Assembly (NCBI RefSeq): GCF_965279435.1
Contig: NZ_CBDIHY010000002.1
Coordinates: forward strand, 315,128 to 379,127
DNA: 64,000 bases
DNA from: Pararhizobium sp.
GTDB taxonomy: Bacteria > Pseudomonadota > Alphaproteobacteria > Rhizobiales > Rhizobiaceae
Direction: 5' to 3'
A program made the translations under genes and the position numbers. The notes under the pieces are model-generated. The model worked only from the letters and a program-made list of their open reading frames with translations. It did not search any database and had not been told where the DNA came from. Positions 9,700 to 18,777 of the stretch are shown piece after piece (positions within the stretch are counted from its first letter, which is position 1; each line of letters starts with the position of its first letter).

Positions 9700-10404
9700 A
9701 TGAGTGAAGACATGCAACCGGCTCTAGTTGAAAGGAAGCGGGGCGAAGGTGCAAAATTCGTCTATGAAATCTTGCGCGACGACATATTGAACCTCGTGCT
9801 TGAGCCGGGAAGCCCGATTGACGAGATTCAGCTGTCGCAGCGGCTGTCTATGTCGCGAACACCCATCCGCGAGGCGCTGGTCAGGCTGGCGAGTGAAGGG
9901 CTGGTGACCACCCTTCCCAACAGGTCTACGGTCGTATCCCCGATCGACTTTCTGAACCTTCATACATTCTTCGACGCCATCACGCTGATGTATCGGGTCA
10001 CGACCCGCCTTGCCGCGCAACATTACAAATCCGCCGACCTCGACATCATCCGCCAAAAGCAGAACGACTTCGCCGAGGCAGTGGCTGCACAGGATGCACT
10101 GGCGATGATATCAACCAATCGCGACTTTCACGCTGCCATCGCGGATGCGGGGCGTAACGCCTATTTCACAGGGCTCTTCTGCCGCCTGCTGGATGAAGGG
10201 CGCCGTATCATGCGGATTTACTACTCGTCATTCGAAGACCGCCTGCCCCATCGCTACGTCGTCGAACACGAGGATATGATCGTGGCGATCGAGGCGCGGG
10301 ATATCGATCTGGCCGATCAGCTGGCCGCTGCCCATGCGGACCAGATCGTCAAACAGATACAGCAGATGATAGCAAGCGACCGGCGGGTCAGCGTTCCACT
10401 TTGA
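9700..10404 (+). CDS. GntR/FCD family regulator (HypR-like)
   Basis: wHTH LSMSRTPIREAL plus FCD domain (NRDFHAAI). Directly upstream of a hypD-like gene. Confidence 0.85.
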   Translation: MSEDMQPALVERKRGEGAKFVYEILRDDILNLVLEPGSPIDEIQLSQRLSMSRTPIREALVRLASEGLVTTLPNRSTVVSPIDFLNLHTFFDAITLMYRVTTRLAAQHYKSADLDIIRQKQNDFAEAVAAQDALAMISTNRDFHAAIADAGRNAYFTGLFCRLLDEGRRIMRIYYSSFEDRLPHRYVVEHEDMIVAIEARDIDLADQLAAAHADQIVKQIQQMIASDRRVSVPL

Positions 10405-10482
10405 CGGGCGGCGGCGCCGCGCTCTGTCAGTTTGATGCCTTCGATAGCGGAATATCAAGTGTCACATCAGCGATGATTTTTC

Positions 10483-10492
10483 TTGTCGACAA
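10483..10492. promoter_or_regulatory. Palindrome TTGTCGACAA, candidate GntR operator upstream of the hypD-like gene
   Basis: Perfect 10-bp palindrome in the AT-rich promoter region. Confidence 0.45.
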
Positions 10493-10583
10493 ATAAAATA
10501 CAAGATGTATTATCGACCTCAGGAATTAATCAGGGCTGGCGGTTTGCGATTGTGGGCGCAGCCTATTTAAAAGGGGAATCGTC

Positions 10584-11546
10584 ATGAAGAACGGCATTTT
10601 TTCCGGCTGTATCCCGGCGTTGATGACGCCATGCAAGGCCGACCGCAGCCCGGATTTTGAAACGCTGGTCCATACCGCCAAGGATCTGATCGCTGCTGGC
10701 ATGGCGTCGGTCGTCTATTGCGGCTCGATGGGTGACTGGCCCCTGCTCAGCGATGAACAGCGGATGGAGGGCGTCGAACGTCTCGTGAAGGCCGGCATTC
10801 CGGTTATCGTTGGAACGGGCGCCGTCAACACAGCCAAGGCTGTGGCACATGCCGCGCACGCGCAGAAGGTTGGTGCACAGGGTTTGATGGTTATTCCCCG
10901 CGTTCTCTCGCGTGGCCCGTCGATCGCGGCCCAGCGCCATCACTTCAAGGCCATTCTGTCAGCGGCACCGGATCTGCCGGCCGTTATCTACAACAGCCCG
11001 TATTACGGCTTTGCGACCCGCGCCGATCTGTTCTTTGCGCTGCGCAGCGAACATCCGAACCTCATTGGTTTCAAGGAATTCGGCGGACCGGCCGACATGC
11101 GCTATGCGGCCGAAAATATCACCAGCCAGGATGAAAACGTCTCGTTGATGATTGGCGTGGATACCGCAGTCTTCCACGGTTTCGTCAATTGCGGCGCAAC
11201 CGGTGCGATCACGGGTATCGGCAACGTGCTTCCGAAGGAAGTCCTGCATATGGTGGCACTTTCGCAAGCGGCTGCGAAAGGCGATGTCGATGCACGCCGG
11301 CGGGCGCTGGAGCTGGAAGCGGCGCTGGCCGTGCTGTCTTCCTTCGATGAAGGTCCCGATCTCGTGCTCTACTTCAAGCACATGATGGTCCTGAAGGGGC
11401 ATGCCGAGTACGCATTGAATTTTTACGAGACCGACGCCCTGTCTGCCAGCCAGCGCGGCTACGCCGAGGCACAGCTCGCCTTGTTCGATGCATGGTATGC
11501 GGAATGGTCCAAGCTTGCAGGCGCTGTCCAGAAATACGCTGCCTGA
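10584..11546 (+). CDS. hypD: DHDPS-family protein, probable delta1-pyrroline-4-hydroxy-2-carboxylate deaminase
   Basis: IFSGCIPALMTPC, VYCGSMGDWPLL, IYNSPYYGF and GFKEFGG closely match S. meliloti HypD as recalled. Confidence 0.75.
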   Translation: MKNGIFSGCIPALMTPCKADRSPDFETLVHTAKDLIAAGMASVVYCGSMGDWPLLSDEQRMEGVERLVKAGIPVIVGTGAVNTAKAVAHAAHAQKVGAQGLMVIPRVLSRGPSIAAQRHHFKAILSAAPDLPAVIYNSPYYGFATRADLFFALRSEHPNLIGFKEFGGPADMRYAAENITSQDENVSLMIGVDTAVFHGFVNCGATGAITGIGNVLPKEVLHMVALSQAAAKGDVDARRRALELEAALAVLSSFDEGPDLVLYFKHMMVLKGHAEYALNFYETDALSASQRGYAEAQLALFDAWYAEWSKLAGAVQKYAA

Positions 11547-11872
11547 GCAAGGCAAGGAGAGGCCCTGCCTGATGGAGGGCCTCTCTGCGGAACGATGTCA
11601 CCTCGATCCGATTGACAGCACGCCGAAACGCATGCACGAAAAAAGCGGTTCCGGTGGCTTTGTGAGAACATCTTATGGATCGCTTGATCGAAGCGCGATG
11701 GCAAGATCATCTGTGCGGCGCCGGATTTAATCCCCAATGGTGGACGCCGGCGGGTATTAGCCTCGTCGGCCCCCGGTATTTTGGTTACGATGCCGATTAC
11801 CAGCAGTATCCCTTTGCTGCGGCGGCGACGTAGCGCTGTTTGGGTAGGATATTGAAAAATAGGAACCCGGCG

Positions 11873-12127
11873 GTGGCGCTCAGTATCAAAGACCCCAGGA
11901 CCGTGCAGTTGGCCCGTGCTCTTGCTGAGCGTACAGGCGAGAGCATTACGACGGCCATACGTCATGCCCTGGAAGAACGTCTTCGCCGCGTTGGCTCTGA
12001 CGCCCGTAAAGCTGCGTTGCTCGATGACATGGCCGCCAGCCGCCGTCGATGGAGTGCACTACCCGTTCTGGATAGTCGCTCTGATGACGAGATCATCGGC
12101 TATGACGAGAACGGCTTGCTGAACTGA
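11873..12127 (+). CDS. vapB: Type II TA antitoxin, VapB (Rv0623-like)
   Basis: MALSIKDPRTVQLARALAERTGESITTAIRHALEERL and SDDEIIGYDENGL. TGATG overlap with the vapC remnant. Confidence 0.85.
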   Translation: MALSIKDPRTVQLARALAERTGESITTAIRHALEERLRRVGSDARKAALLDDMAASRRRWSALPVLDSRSDDEIIGYDENGLLN

Positions 12128-12309
12128 TGGTTATGGATACCTCCGCCATTTTGGCGATTGCTCAAAACGAGCCGGAAGCAATGACTTGCGAGCAAAACTG
12201 CGGATGTCCCGTGTAATATCAACCGCAACCATGTTTGAGGCCATACCGGCCGGAGCGCTTGTTCCACAAAGGCAACGATTTTTCGCAAACCGATACAAGA
12301 ACGGCGTGA
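12127..12309 (+). pseudogene. vapC: Decayed VapC (PIN) toxin
   Basis: Three frames carry MVMDTSAILAIAQNEPEA, then RVISTATMFEA, then LFHKGNDFSQTD*. Frameshifts are present and the central part of the PIN domain is missing. Confidence 0.85.
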
Positions 12310-12400
12310 TGCCGACGATGGAGTATATTTCATCGCCCCGGATCGTTCCTCGACACTGGCAAGGTTTGCGTCGCCGCTGTACTGATGCTTTGGACACGCG

Positions 12401-12417
12401 ATTTTCGTCTCGAAAAT
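12401..12417. promoter_or_regulatory. Inverted repeat ATTTTCG-N3-CGAAAAT upstream of the GS-like gene, candidate operator
   Basis: Perfect 7-bp arms about 45 nt before the ATG. Confidence 0.35.
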
Positions 12418-12461
12418 TGCAATGAAACCCATGCGACGCCAACGCCCTTACGGAGTAGATC

Positions 12462-13814
12462 ATGTCTAATGAAAAGCAGGGTTTGCCGGTTGGACACGAC
12501 GCAGGGCGCGGTGCCTACGTTCTCGCAGCGACCTGCGATCTCAACGGTTGCTTTCGTGGCAAACGCGTGGAAGCGGCATCGCTCGACAAGATTTTGAAGA
12601 ACGGCATCCGTATGCCGATGTCCTCCATCGGCGTCGATATCTGGGGCACCGATGTCTTTGCGAATTCTCTGACGCTGGATCAGGGCGATCTGGATGGTAT
12701 TTGTGAGCCGACGGAGCGTGGGCCGATCCCTTTGGCCTGGACCGCAACGCGGGCGCAATTCGTGCCGATGTGGATGCGTGCGGAAACCGGAGAGCCATTT
12801 TTCGGTGATCCGCGCCGTACATTGGCCGATATCCTCAACAGGTTTCGTGCCGTTCAACTGACCCCTGTCGTGGCGACGGAAGTTGAATTCTATCTGATCG
12901 ATCCCAAATCGCCACGGGCGAAGCCGCTGACGCAGATGCCGGTCGGCCATGCGGATGCCAAGGATACGATCTACTCGCTGGAGGAACTGGCCGAGGTCGG
13001 GCCTTTCCTCGACGATGTCTACGCGATGGCCGCCGCATGTGGCGTTGCCGTCGATGCCGCCACGTCCGAAAGCGGGCCGAGCCAGTTCGAATTCAACCTG
13101 GTGCATGGTCCCGATGCGCTCAGGGTGGCCGACGACACCGTCTTCTTCAAGCAGATCGTTCGCAACATGGCGCGCAAGCACGGGTTTGCTGCAACCTTCA
13201 TGGCCAAACCCTACCCCGCACATTCCGGCAGCGGGCTGCATGTGCATTTCAGCATCGTGGACGCTCAAGGCCGCAATGTCTTCGACAACGGTGGCCCTGA
13301 AGGCACGGTTTTGATGCGGCAAGCGGTTGCTGGCCTGATCGACGCCATGCCCGATTGCACCGCTTTGTTTGCGCCGCATCTGAACTCGTTTCGCAGGCTC
13401 TGCCCGGATAGCCTGGCGCCAACCACGGCGGCCTGGGGTTATGAAAACCGGACGGCAGCTATCCGCATTCCCGGTGGTCCTGCCGTTGCCCGGCGGATCG
13501 AACACCGCGTCGCCGGTATCGACGCCAACCCTTATCTTGTGGTCGCAGCCATTCTGGGCGCGGCCATTGACGGGATCACCCGGCGCGCGGAACCGCCGAT
13601 GCCAACGGCCGGCAACACCTATGCCAGCGACGCCAAGTCCCTCCCGGCAACATGGCTGGCCGCCCTCGACCTCTTCGAGCAAAGCGCAATCGTCAAACGG
13701 ATTTTCCAGCCGAAACTGATCGAGATGTTCTCGACCTGCAAACGCCAGGAGCTTGCCGTGTTCAACCGCGATATTTCCGACCTGGAATATGCCAGCTACC
13801 TGCACAGCGTTTAA
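12462..13814 (+). CDS. Glutamine synthetase-like gamma-glutamyl ligase (PuuA/PauA-type)
   Basis: TEVEFYL, ESGPSQFE, GSGLHVHFS, ENRTAAIRIP and EHRVAGIDANPY. The GS Glu-flap (GYEAP) is replaced by DSLAP. Confidence 0.85.
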   Translation: MSNEKQGLPVGHDAGRGAYVLAATCDLNGCFRGKRVEAASLDKILKNGIRMPMSSIGVDIWGTDVFANSLTLDQGDLDGICEPTERGPIPLAWTATRAQFVPMWMRAETGEPFFGDPRRTLADILNRFRAVQLTPVVATEVEFYLIDPKSPRAKPLTQMPVGHADAKDTIYSLEELAEVGPFLDDVYAMAAACGVAVDAATSESGPSQFEFNLVHGPDALRVADDTVFFKQIVRNMARKHGFAATFMAKPYPAHSGSGLHVHFSIVDAQGRNVFDNGGPEGTVLMRQAVAGLIDAMPDCTALFAPHLNSFRRLCPDSLAPTTAAWGYENRTAAIRIPGGPAVARRIEHRVAGIDANPYLVVAAILGAAIDGITRRAEPPMPTAGNTYASDAKSLPATWLAALDLFEQSAIVKRIFQPKLIEMFSTCKRQELAVFNRDISDLEYASYLHSV

Positions 13815-14157
13815 GACGGGCTTCGCGCAACCCAATGACGCCGTCGGGTGAGGCTGTTGTTATGAGTGTGGGCATGACATCATGTTTCCCATAGGCCAAA
13901 GCGGTCTCTGAGATCCCCAGTGCACATTTTCGTACGGACTTTTCAGCCGGTAGTCTTCCGGAAGTTGAGCTGGCTGGATGATGCAATCTCTTCCATCTGA
14001 GCCAACCCCTCGTTCCTTGCAAAAAGTGAACCCAACCGTCAGGGACGGTGGGACGGGTGTGCTCATCACCGGCTTCTTTTTTGGCAAATGCGGCATTTTG
14101 GCACATGCCTGCCTTGACCAACCGGTCGGGGCGGAATATTCGTTGGAGGAAAATAAT

Positions 14158-14172
14158 TTGCCTTTAAGGCAA
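14158..14172. promoter_or_regulatory. Near-palindrome TTGCCTTTAAGGCAA upstream of the permease operon
   Basis: 6-bp arms TTGCCT/AGGCAA around a 3-nt spacer, about 35 nt before ATG 14207. Confidence 0.35.
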
Positions 14173-14206
14173 TATCGGACTTGAAAGCGTATTCTGGGAG
14201 GAACGC

Positions 14207-14518
14207 ATGATAATCCACGAGGCAGGTGCCGACGCGCACCTTGCGACGCGCATCGACAAGATGCATTCCCGCGACAGGGCAGGCCTGATTATCTTCATAA
14301 CAGTGTTGTGGTGCACGATGGTGTTCGCCCTGGTGACGATCTGGCCCTACATCGCCGTACCCGCCATCCGGATCATCCTGACAACCGCTTGCGGCTTGGT
14401 TCTGGTGTTCAACACGGCGGCCATCATCGCGATGCTGAAGCACTACAGCGAAGACAAGCATTTCATTTACGGGCTCGACCTCAAGCATCTCGACGAGATG
14501 CGCCGGCGCCGGCGCTAG
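14207..14518 (+). CDS. Small membrane protein (103 aa, 2 TM)
   Basis: GGGAGGA RBS; two hydrophobic segments; first gene of a tightly spaced operon. Confidence 0.8.
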   Translation: MIIHEAGADAHLATRIDKMHSRDRAGLIIFITVLWCTMVFALVTIWPYIAVPAIRIILTTACGLVLVFNTAAIIAMLKHYSEDKHFIYGLDLKHLDEMRRRRR

Positions 14519-14527
14519 GAGGGGATC

Positions 14528-14911
14528 ATGGCTTACAAACCACCAAAACAAAGCTTTGCCGGGCAGATTTTCGACGTCATCACCCTCTTGGTCCTGACTG
14601 TCGGTGCGCTCTATCTTCCGCTCTATCTTGGCCTCGCAGGAGCGGCCAAGACCCCAGCACCCATCGCCAATCCCACATGGGAGACGCTCGGCCAGAATGC
14701 CACCGAGCAGCAGCAGTGGGCAGCCCTTGGTATCACTGATCCGGCGGCAGCCAACGATATCATCACCGCCCGTTTCGACTATTCGTTCAGCTGGATAGCC
14801 CTCGTGGTCATGGCAATCCTGGTCATCGGCTATTTCGTGCTGGTGGTGCGATTGTCTGACAGGGAATATCGCGACGTCATCGCGGAGCGCTTCGGCGCCA
14901 AGAAGAAATAG
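14528..14911 (+). CDS. Small membrane protein (127 aa, 2 TM)
   Basis: GGAGG RBS; N- and C-terminal hydrophobic helices around a polar loop. Confidence 0.8.
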   Translation: MAYKPPKQSFAGQIFDVITLLVLTVGALYLPLYLGLAGAAKTPAPIANPTWETLGQNATEQQQWAALGITDPAAANDIITARFDYSFSWIALVVMAILVIGYFVLVVRLSDREYRDVIAERFGAKKK

Positions 14912-14922
14912 TGGGGGCACCA

Positions 14923-15090
14923 ATGGATATCTGGACTGTTCTGGAATACGCGGCCTGGGCCCTTTCTGCGCTCTTCGCCTTTTTGATGCTCTCCGACATG
15001 GTGCGTATCGACATGACCTATGACAACGACCTGCTGACATCATCCCGCGAAGGCGAGATCGAAGCGGCAGCCGAACGTCACACGCTGTAA
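14923..15090 (+). CDS. Small membrane protein (55 aa, 1 TM), not in the ORF track
   Basis: Hand translation: MDIWTVLEYAAWALSALFAFLMLSDMVRIDMTYDNDLLTSSREGEIEAAAERHTL*. It fills the gap with 11- and 10-nt spacers and has a GGGGG RBS. Confidence 0.75.
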   Translation: MDIWTVLEYAAWALSALFAFLMLSDMVRIDMTYDNDLLTSSREGEIEAAAERHTL

Positions 15091-15100
15091 GGGGCCGGAT

Positions 15101-16498
15101 ATGGTAGACACGAAAACCACCTCCGGCCAGCCTGAACGGTTGCAGCTTTTGCGCGTTCTCGGCCCCGCCCATATCTGGGCGCTCGGCGTCGGCATCGTTC
15201 TTGTCGGCGAATATATGGGATGGAACTTCGCAGTCGGCAAAGGCGGCATGATCGCCGGCCTGATCGCATGCTGGGTGGCCGGCCTGCTGTATACATGCGT
15301 GGCAATGATTGATTCCGAGGTGACATCCACGGTTGCCGCAGCCGGCGGTCAATACGCCCAGGCCAAGCACATCGTTGGTCCGCTGATGGCCTTCAATGTC
15401 GGGCTGTTTCTGGTCATGGCCTATACGATGCTTGAGGCCGCCAACGCCATCACCATCGGCTTTCTGCTCGACACGGTGGCTGGGATGCAAGGCCATACGG
15501 GCCTGCACCAGCAGCCGTTCATCGTCCTCTGCGTGATGTTTCTGGCATGGCTGAACTATCGCGGCGTGCTGGCGACGCTGACATTCAATCTCGTGATCAC
15601 CGCAGTCGCGTTCATGGCCATCATCGCCCTGTTCCTGTCGGTGCAGTTCGGCGTGTCGAGCGTGCCGCTCGATTTCTCGGCGGTAACGACGGATCCGATG
15701 CCCTATGGCTGGATTGGCATTCTCGCCTCCCTGCATTTCGGTCTCTGGTATTATCTCGGCATCGAGGGTACCTGCCAGGCGGCCGAGGAAGTCCGTTCGC
15801 CCGCTCGCTCGCTGCCTTACGGCACCATGGCCGGCATCATGACGCTGCTGATCGCTGCGACCATGACCTGGTATGTCTGCTCCGGGCTTATCCCGTGGGA
15901 ATATCTCGGTCAGGCCGGAACGCCGCTGTTTGACGCGGCCCGCGTCACAGGCAATCGTGGCCTGATGGTTCTGCTGTTCATCGGCACGATGTTTTCGACG
16001 CTTGCCTCGGCAAACGGCTGCATCAACGATGCTTCGCGCGCCTGGTTCTCGATGGGCCGCGACCGCTATCTGCCGATCTGGTTCGGTGCCGTGCATCCGG
16101 TCTATCGCACACCGTACCGCTCGATCATCTTCCTCGTGCCGATCGCCTTGATCTTCGCACTCGGCGCACCGCTCGACCAGGTCGTCACCTTCTCGATCCT
16201 GTCGGGACTGCTGGGCTACACGTTCATGACGTTCAACATGGTGATGTTCCGCAGGAAATGGCCGCTCGATACCATCAAGCGCGGCTATGTCCATCCGATG
16301 CACCCGCTACCGACGATCGTTCTCCTGATCCTCTGCGCCACAGCCTATGTCGCCGTCTTCTTAGGGTACGGGACACAGCTGATCGCGATGGTCAGCTTCT
16401 ATATTATCGCATCGCTGTGGTTCCACTTCCGGCGTTACCGGTTCGTGCGCCGTGGCGATCAGTTCACCATGCCCTGGCCGCGGCCTGAAGGGTATTGA
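15101..16498 (+). CDS. APC-superfamily amino acid/amine permease (ethanolamine-transporter-like)
   Basis: LGPAHIWALGVGIVLVGEYMGWN, GIEGTCQAAEE and PAVHPVYRTP-type motifs (FGAVHPVYRTPY); many hydrophobic segments. Confidence 0.88.
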   Translation: MVDTKTTSGQPERLQLLRVLGPAHIWALGVGIVLVGEYMGWNFAVGKGGMIAGLIACWVAGLLYTCVAMIDSEVTSTVAAAGGQYAQAKHIVGPLMAFNVGLFLVMAYTMLEAANAITIGFLLDTVAGMQGHTGLHQQPFIVLCVMFLAWLNYRGVLATLTFNLVITAVAFMAIIALFLSVQFGVSSVPLDFSAVTTDPMPYGWIGILASLHFGLWYYLGIEGTCQAAEEVRSPARSLPYGTMAGIMTLLIAATMTWYVCSGLIPWEYLGQAGTPLFDAARVTGNRGLMVLLFIGTMFSTLASANGCINDASRAWFSMGRDRYLPIWFGAVHPVYRTPYRSIIFLVPIALIFALGAPLDQVVTFSILSGLLGYTFMTFNMVMFRRKWPLDTIKRGYVHPMHPLPTIVLLILCATAYVAVFLGYGTQLIAMVSFYIIASLWFHFRRYRFVRRGDQFTMPWPRPEGY

Positions 16499-16558
16499 TC
16501 TGAACACAGCCCGCAGCCGCATCAATGGCTGCGGGTCCAGCATCTGGAGGGATCAGCG

Positions 16559-17254
16559 TTGACGATCACCTATCTGCTCTTCGCCTTTGCCCTTTTGGCT
16601 GTCGCCTGGTTTATTCGTGCGGCCATACGCGGACATCGGGAGGCTATGCAGCAGCGCGGCTGCTTGCTCGATGAAGCCCACGGGCTGCTCAGCGAACCCG
16701 GCATCAGCATGGCGGCGGATGAGTTTCCCATCGTTACGGGCCGGATCGGCGACGGCCGCCGTGTCAGGCTTGAGCTGATCGCCGACACGATGGTGACGCG
16801 CCGCCTGCCGCAACTCTGGCTGAAAGTGACGTTGTTCGAAGGCGCGCTGCGTGACGGCCCATCGCTCGGCGCGCTCGCCCGTCCGACCGGTTCGGAATAT
16901 TACTCACTCGTTCATGGCTTTGCAGAATGGATGCGGCCGCCCGAGATGGACATGTCCTTGCTGATGCGCGGCGACGGGCGTGCGACCGCTGAGCAAGTGG
17001 CGATCGCCGGCCGTCATTTTCAGCGTCTGTTTGCTGATAAAAAGGTCAAGGAAGCGGTGATCACCGCGAAGGCAACCCGGCTTGTCTATCAGGCATCGCA
17101 AGGTGAGCGGGCGGCGCATATGTTTCTGCGGCAGGCGCGGTTTTCTCTTGAGACGGTTCCTGCCGCAACGATCACCCAGGCCATTGTGCTGGCGGCCGGT
17201 TTGAGTACGATTTACTCCGAAGCAGACAGGCCGCCTGTCTTGCAAGTTGCGTGA
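16559..17254 (+). CDS. Hypothetical protein with N-terminal membrane anchor
   Basis: TTG start with GGAGG RBS; hydrophobic N-terminus; GTGA overlap with the next gene. Confidence 0.7.
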   Translation: MTITYLLFAFALLAVAWFIRAAIRGHREAMQQRGCLLDEAHGLLSEPGISMAADEFPIVTGRIGDGRRVRLELIADTMVTRRLPQLWLKVTLFEGALRDGPSLGALARPTGSEYYSLVHGFAEWMRPPEMDMSLLMRGDGRATAEQVAIAGRHFQRLFADKKVKEAVITAKATRLVYQASQGERAAHMFLRQARFSLETVPAATITQAIVLAAGLSTIYSEADRPPVLQVA

Positions 17255-17526
17255 GGACTGATGTGTCGAAGCCGGTAAACCCTTACCTCGTTCTCCTTCT
17301 GTCGATCATCCTGCCCGGCGCCGGCCATGTTGCAATCGGCGAGGCCCGCCGTGGGCTGGCATTCGCGCTGTTCGTGCTTCTGTTTTCGTTCCTGACCTAC
17401 ATGACCACCACGCCGGAACAATCCTTTCTCGGACGGCATGCAGGTGGATTGTTCATCTGGGCGCTCTCCATCCCGGACGCCTATCGCAGGGCACGGATCC
17501 GGTTTTCGCTCAGGTCGCAAGCGTAG
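17251..17526 (+). CDS. Small membrane protein (91 aa)
   Basis: LSIILPGAGHVAIG plus further TM segments; overlaps the upstream stop codon. Confidence 0.7.
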   Translation: MRTDVSKPVNPYLVLLLSIILPGAGHVAIGEARRGLAFALFVLLFSFLTYMTTTPEQSFLGRHAGGLFIWALSIPDAYRRARIRFSLRSQA

Positions 17527-17600
17527 ACGTGCAGGAGCGAAGTTGGCAGCCGTCTCCCAAGCCCCGGCAATAGCCGCAAGCCTATACTTTCCTGTTGAAA

Positions 17601-18662
17601 CTATAGGATTGGAAGAGGCCTGCAGATGGCTGTCGACGCGCGCTCCACCAGATGGCAGGCGAGTTCGACGCGGCGCGGCGGCATCGGCAGGCCGGACAGG
17701 CTGTCGCGCAAAAGATCGAGGGCAACCGAACCGATCTCGCGCATCGGGATGTGCATTGTCGTCAACGGTGGATTGAGGAAAGAGGCCTGCGGCAGGTCGT
17801 CCATACCCATGACAGACACATCGCCTGGAACGGAATAGCCCCGCTGCTGCACGCCCATCATCGCGCCAACGGCCAGGCTGTCGCCGGCGGCCAAAACTGC
17901 AGTAAAATCCAGCCCATGCGCTTCTATCCTTGACGCAATGGCCTGCGCCGCCAGTTCCGGCAGCCAGTCATCGACGGGGACAACCAGATCCGCATCTGCG
18001 GCAAGCCCGTGATGTAGCAACGCATCCTTCCAGCCCTCGTAACGCCGCTCGATGGTGCGCCGCCCCGGCCGCATCAGGAACAAGATGCGCTCGTGACCGA
18101 GCCCGATCAGATGATCGGCTGCCAGCCGCGCGCTGGACCGGTTGCAGGGGGTGACGCTGGAAAGCCGCATGAACGGATCGTCGCTGTTGAGCAGCACAAC
18201 CGGCTTGTCGAAGCCGCGTGTTGCGGCCAGCATGCCCTCGTCATCGACGGTCAGGAACAGAAGGCCCGCAACCTGCGGATCATCCTGCGCCTCCTTGAGT
18301 ACGGCCAGTTCCTCGTTGCGATCGGCGATCGGTCGCGTGACGATCTCAAGCCCCAGTGCCAGCGCCCGTTCCTTCAGACCCTCGAGCACATAGAGGGTGA
18401 ACTGGTTGCGCACATAGTCGATCATCGCAGCACTCGATGCCGCCAGAATGACCTTCTGGCCTGCAATCGCCGTTGGAACCACGTAATTGGCGAGCTTCGC
18501 CGCTTCGAGCACCAGCTGGCGGATTTCCGGCCGCACACCTTTTTCGCCCGCAATCGCCCGCGACGCCGTGCTCAGCGATACGCCGCAGGCCTCGGCGATA
18601 TCCTCCAGACGCACACGCTTGCTCTTCTTTCCGCGTTTGCCCGCGATGGGTTTGACAGCCAT
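17601..18662 (-). CDS. LacI family transcriptional regulator
   Basis: RLEDIAEACGVSLSTASRAI HTH and NPPLTTMHIP. Divergent from the GH105 operon. Confidence 0.92.
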   Translation of the reverse strand: MAVKPIAGKRGKKSKRVRLEDIAEACGVSLSTASRAIAGEKGVRPEIRQLVLEAAKLANYVVPTAIAGQKVILAASSAAMIDYVRNQFTLYVLEGLKERALALGLEIVTRPIADRNEELAVLKEAQDDPQVAGLLFLTVDDEGMLAATRGFDKPVVLLNSDDPFMRLSSVTPCNRSSARLAADHLIGLGHERILFLMRPGRRTIERRYEGWKDALLHHGLAADADLVVPVDDWLPELAAQAIASRIEAHGLDFTAVLAAGDSLAVGAMMGVQQRGYSVPGDVSVMGMDDLPQASFLNPPLTTMHIPMREIGSVALDLLRDSLSGLPMPPRRVELACHLVERASTAICRPLPIL

Positions 18663-18777
18663 ATCGATCTCCGTTGCACCAACATGAGAAAAATTTTCAG
18701 ATTGCGCAAGGAAATTCGGCGTGCATTTATTTCCCCAACGAGCCGTCCCCAAGAGCGGCACATGTGGAGGAGCATTC

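Noticed and set aside
10449-10473. Additional GGAATA hexamers (10449, 14133) as members of the ECF regulon
   Set aside because: They lack the CGT -10 element at 15-nt spacing.
11675-11833. 52-aa ORF (MDRLIEARWQDHLCGAGFNPQWW...) between hypD and vapB
   Set aside because: No clear RBS and no recognisable family. It may be a remnant but cannot be supported.
13860-14096. 78-aa minus-strand ORF between the GS-like gene and the permease operon
   Set aside because: No RBS or family motif; more likely regulatory intergenic DNA.
14099-14112. Sigma54-like TGGCAC...TGC element upstream of the permease operon
   Set aside because: GG-to-GC spacing is 9 nt rather than the required 10.
14066-16303. 745-aa minus-strand ORF, and similar long antisense ORFs (2219-3835, 12330-13835, 20525-22309, 23027-24283, 25543-27120, 34760-37021, 47752-49224)
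   Set aside because: They lie antisense to well-supported genes, have no recognisable motifs, and are the expected shadow ORFs of high-GC coding DNA.
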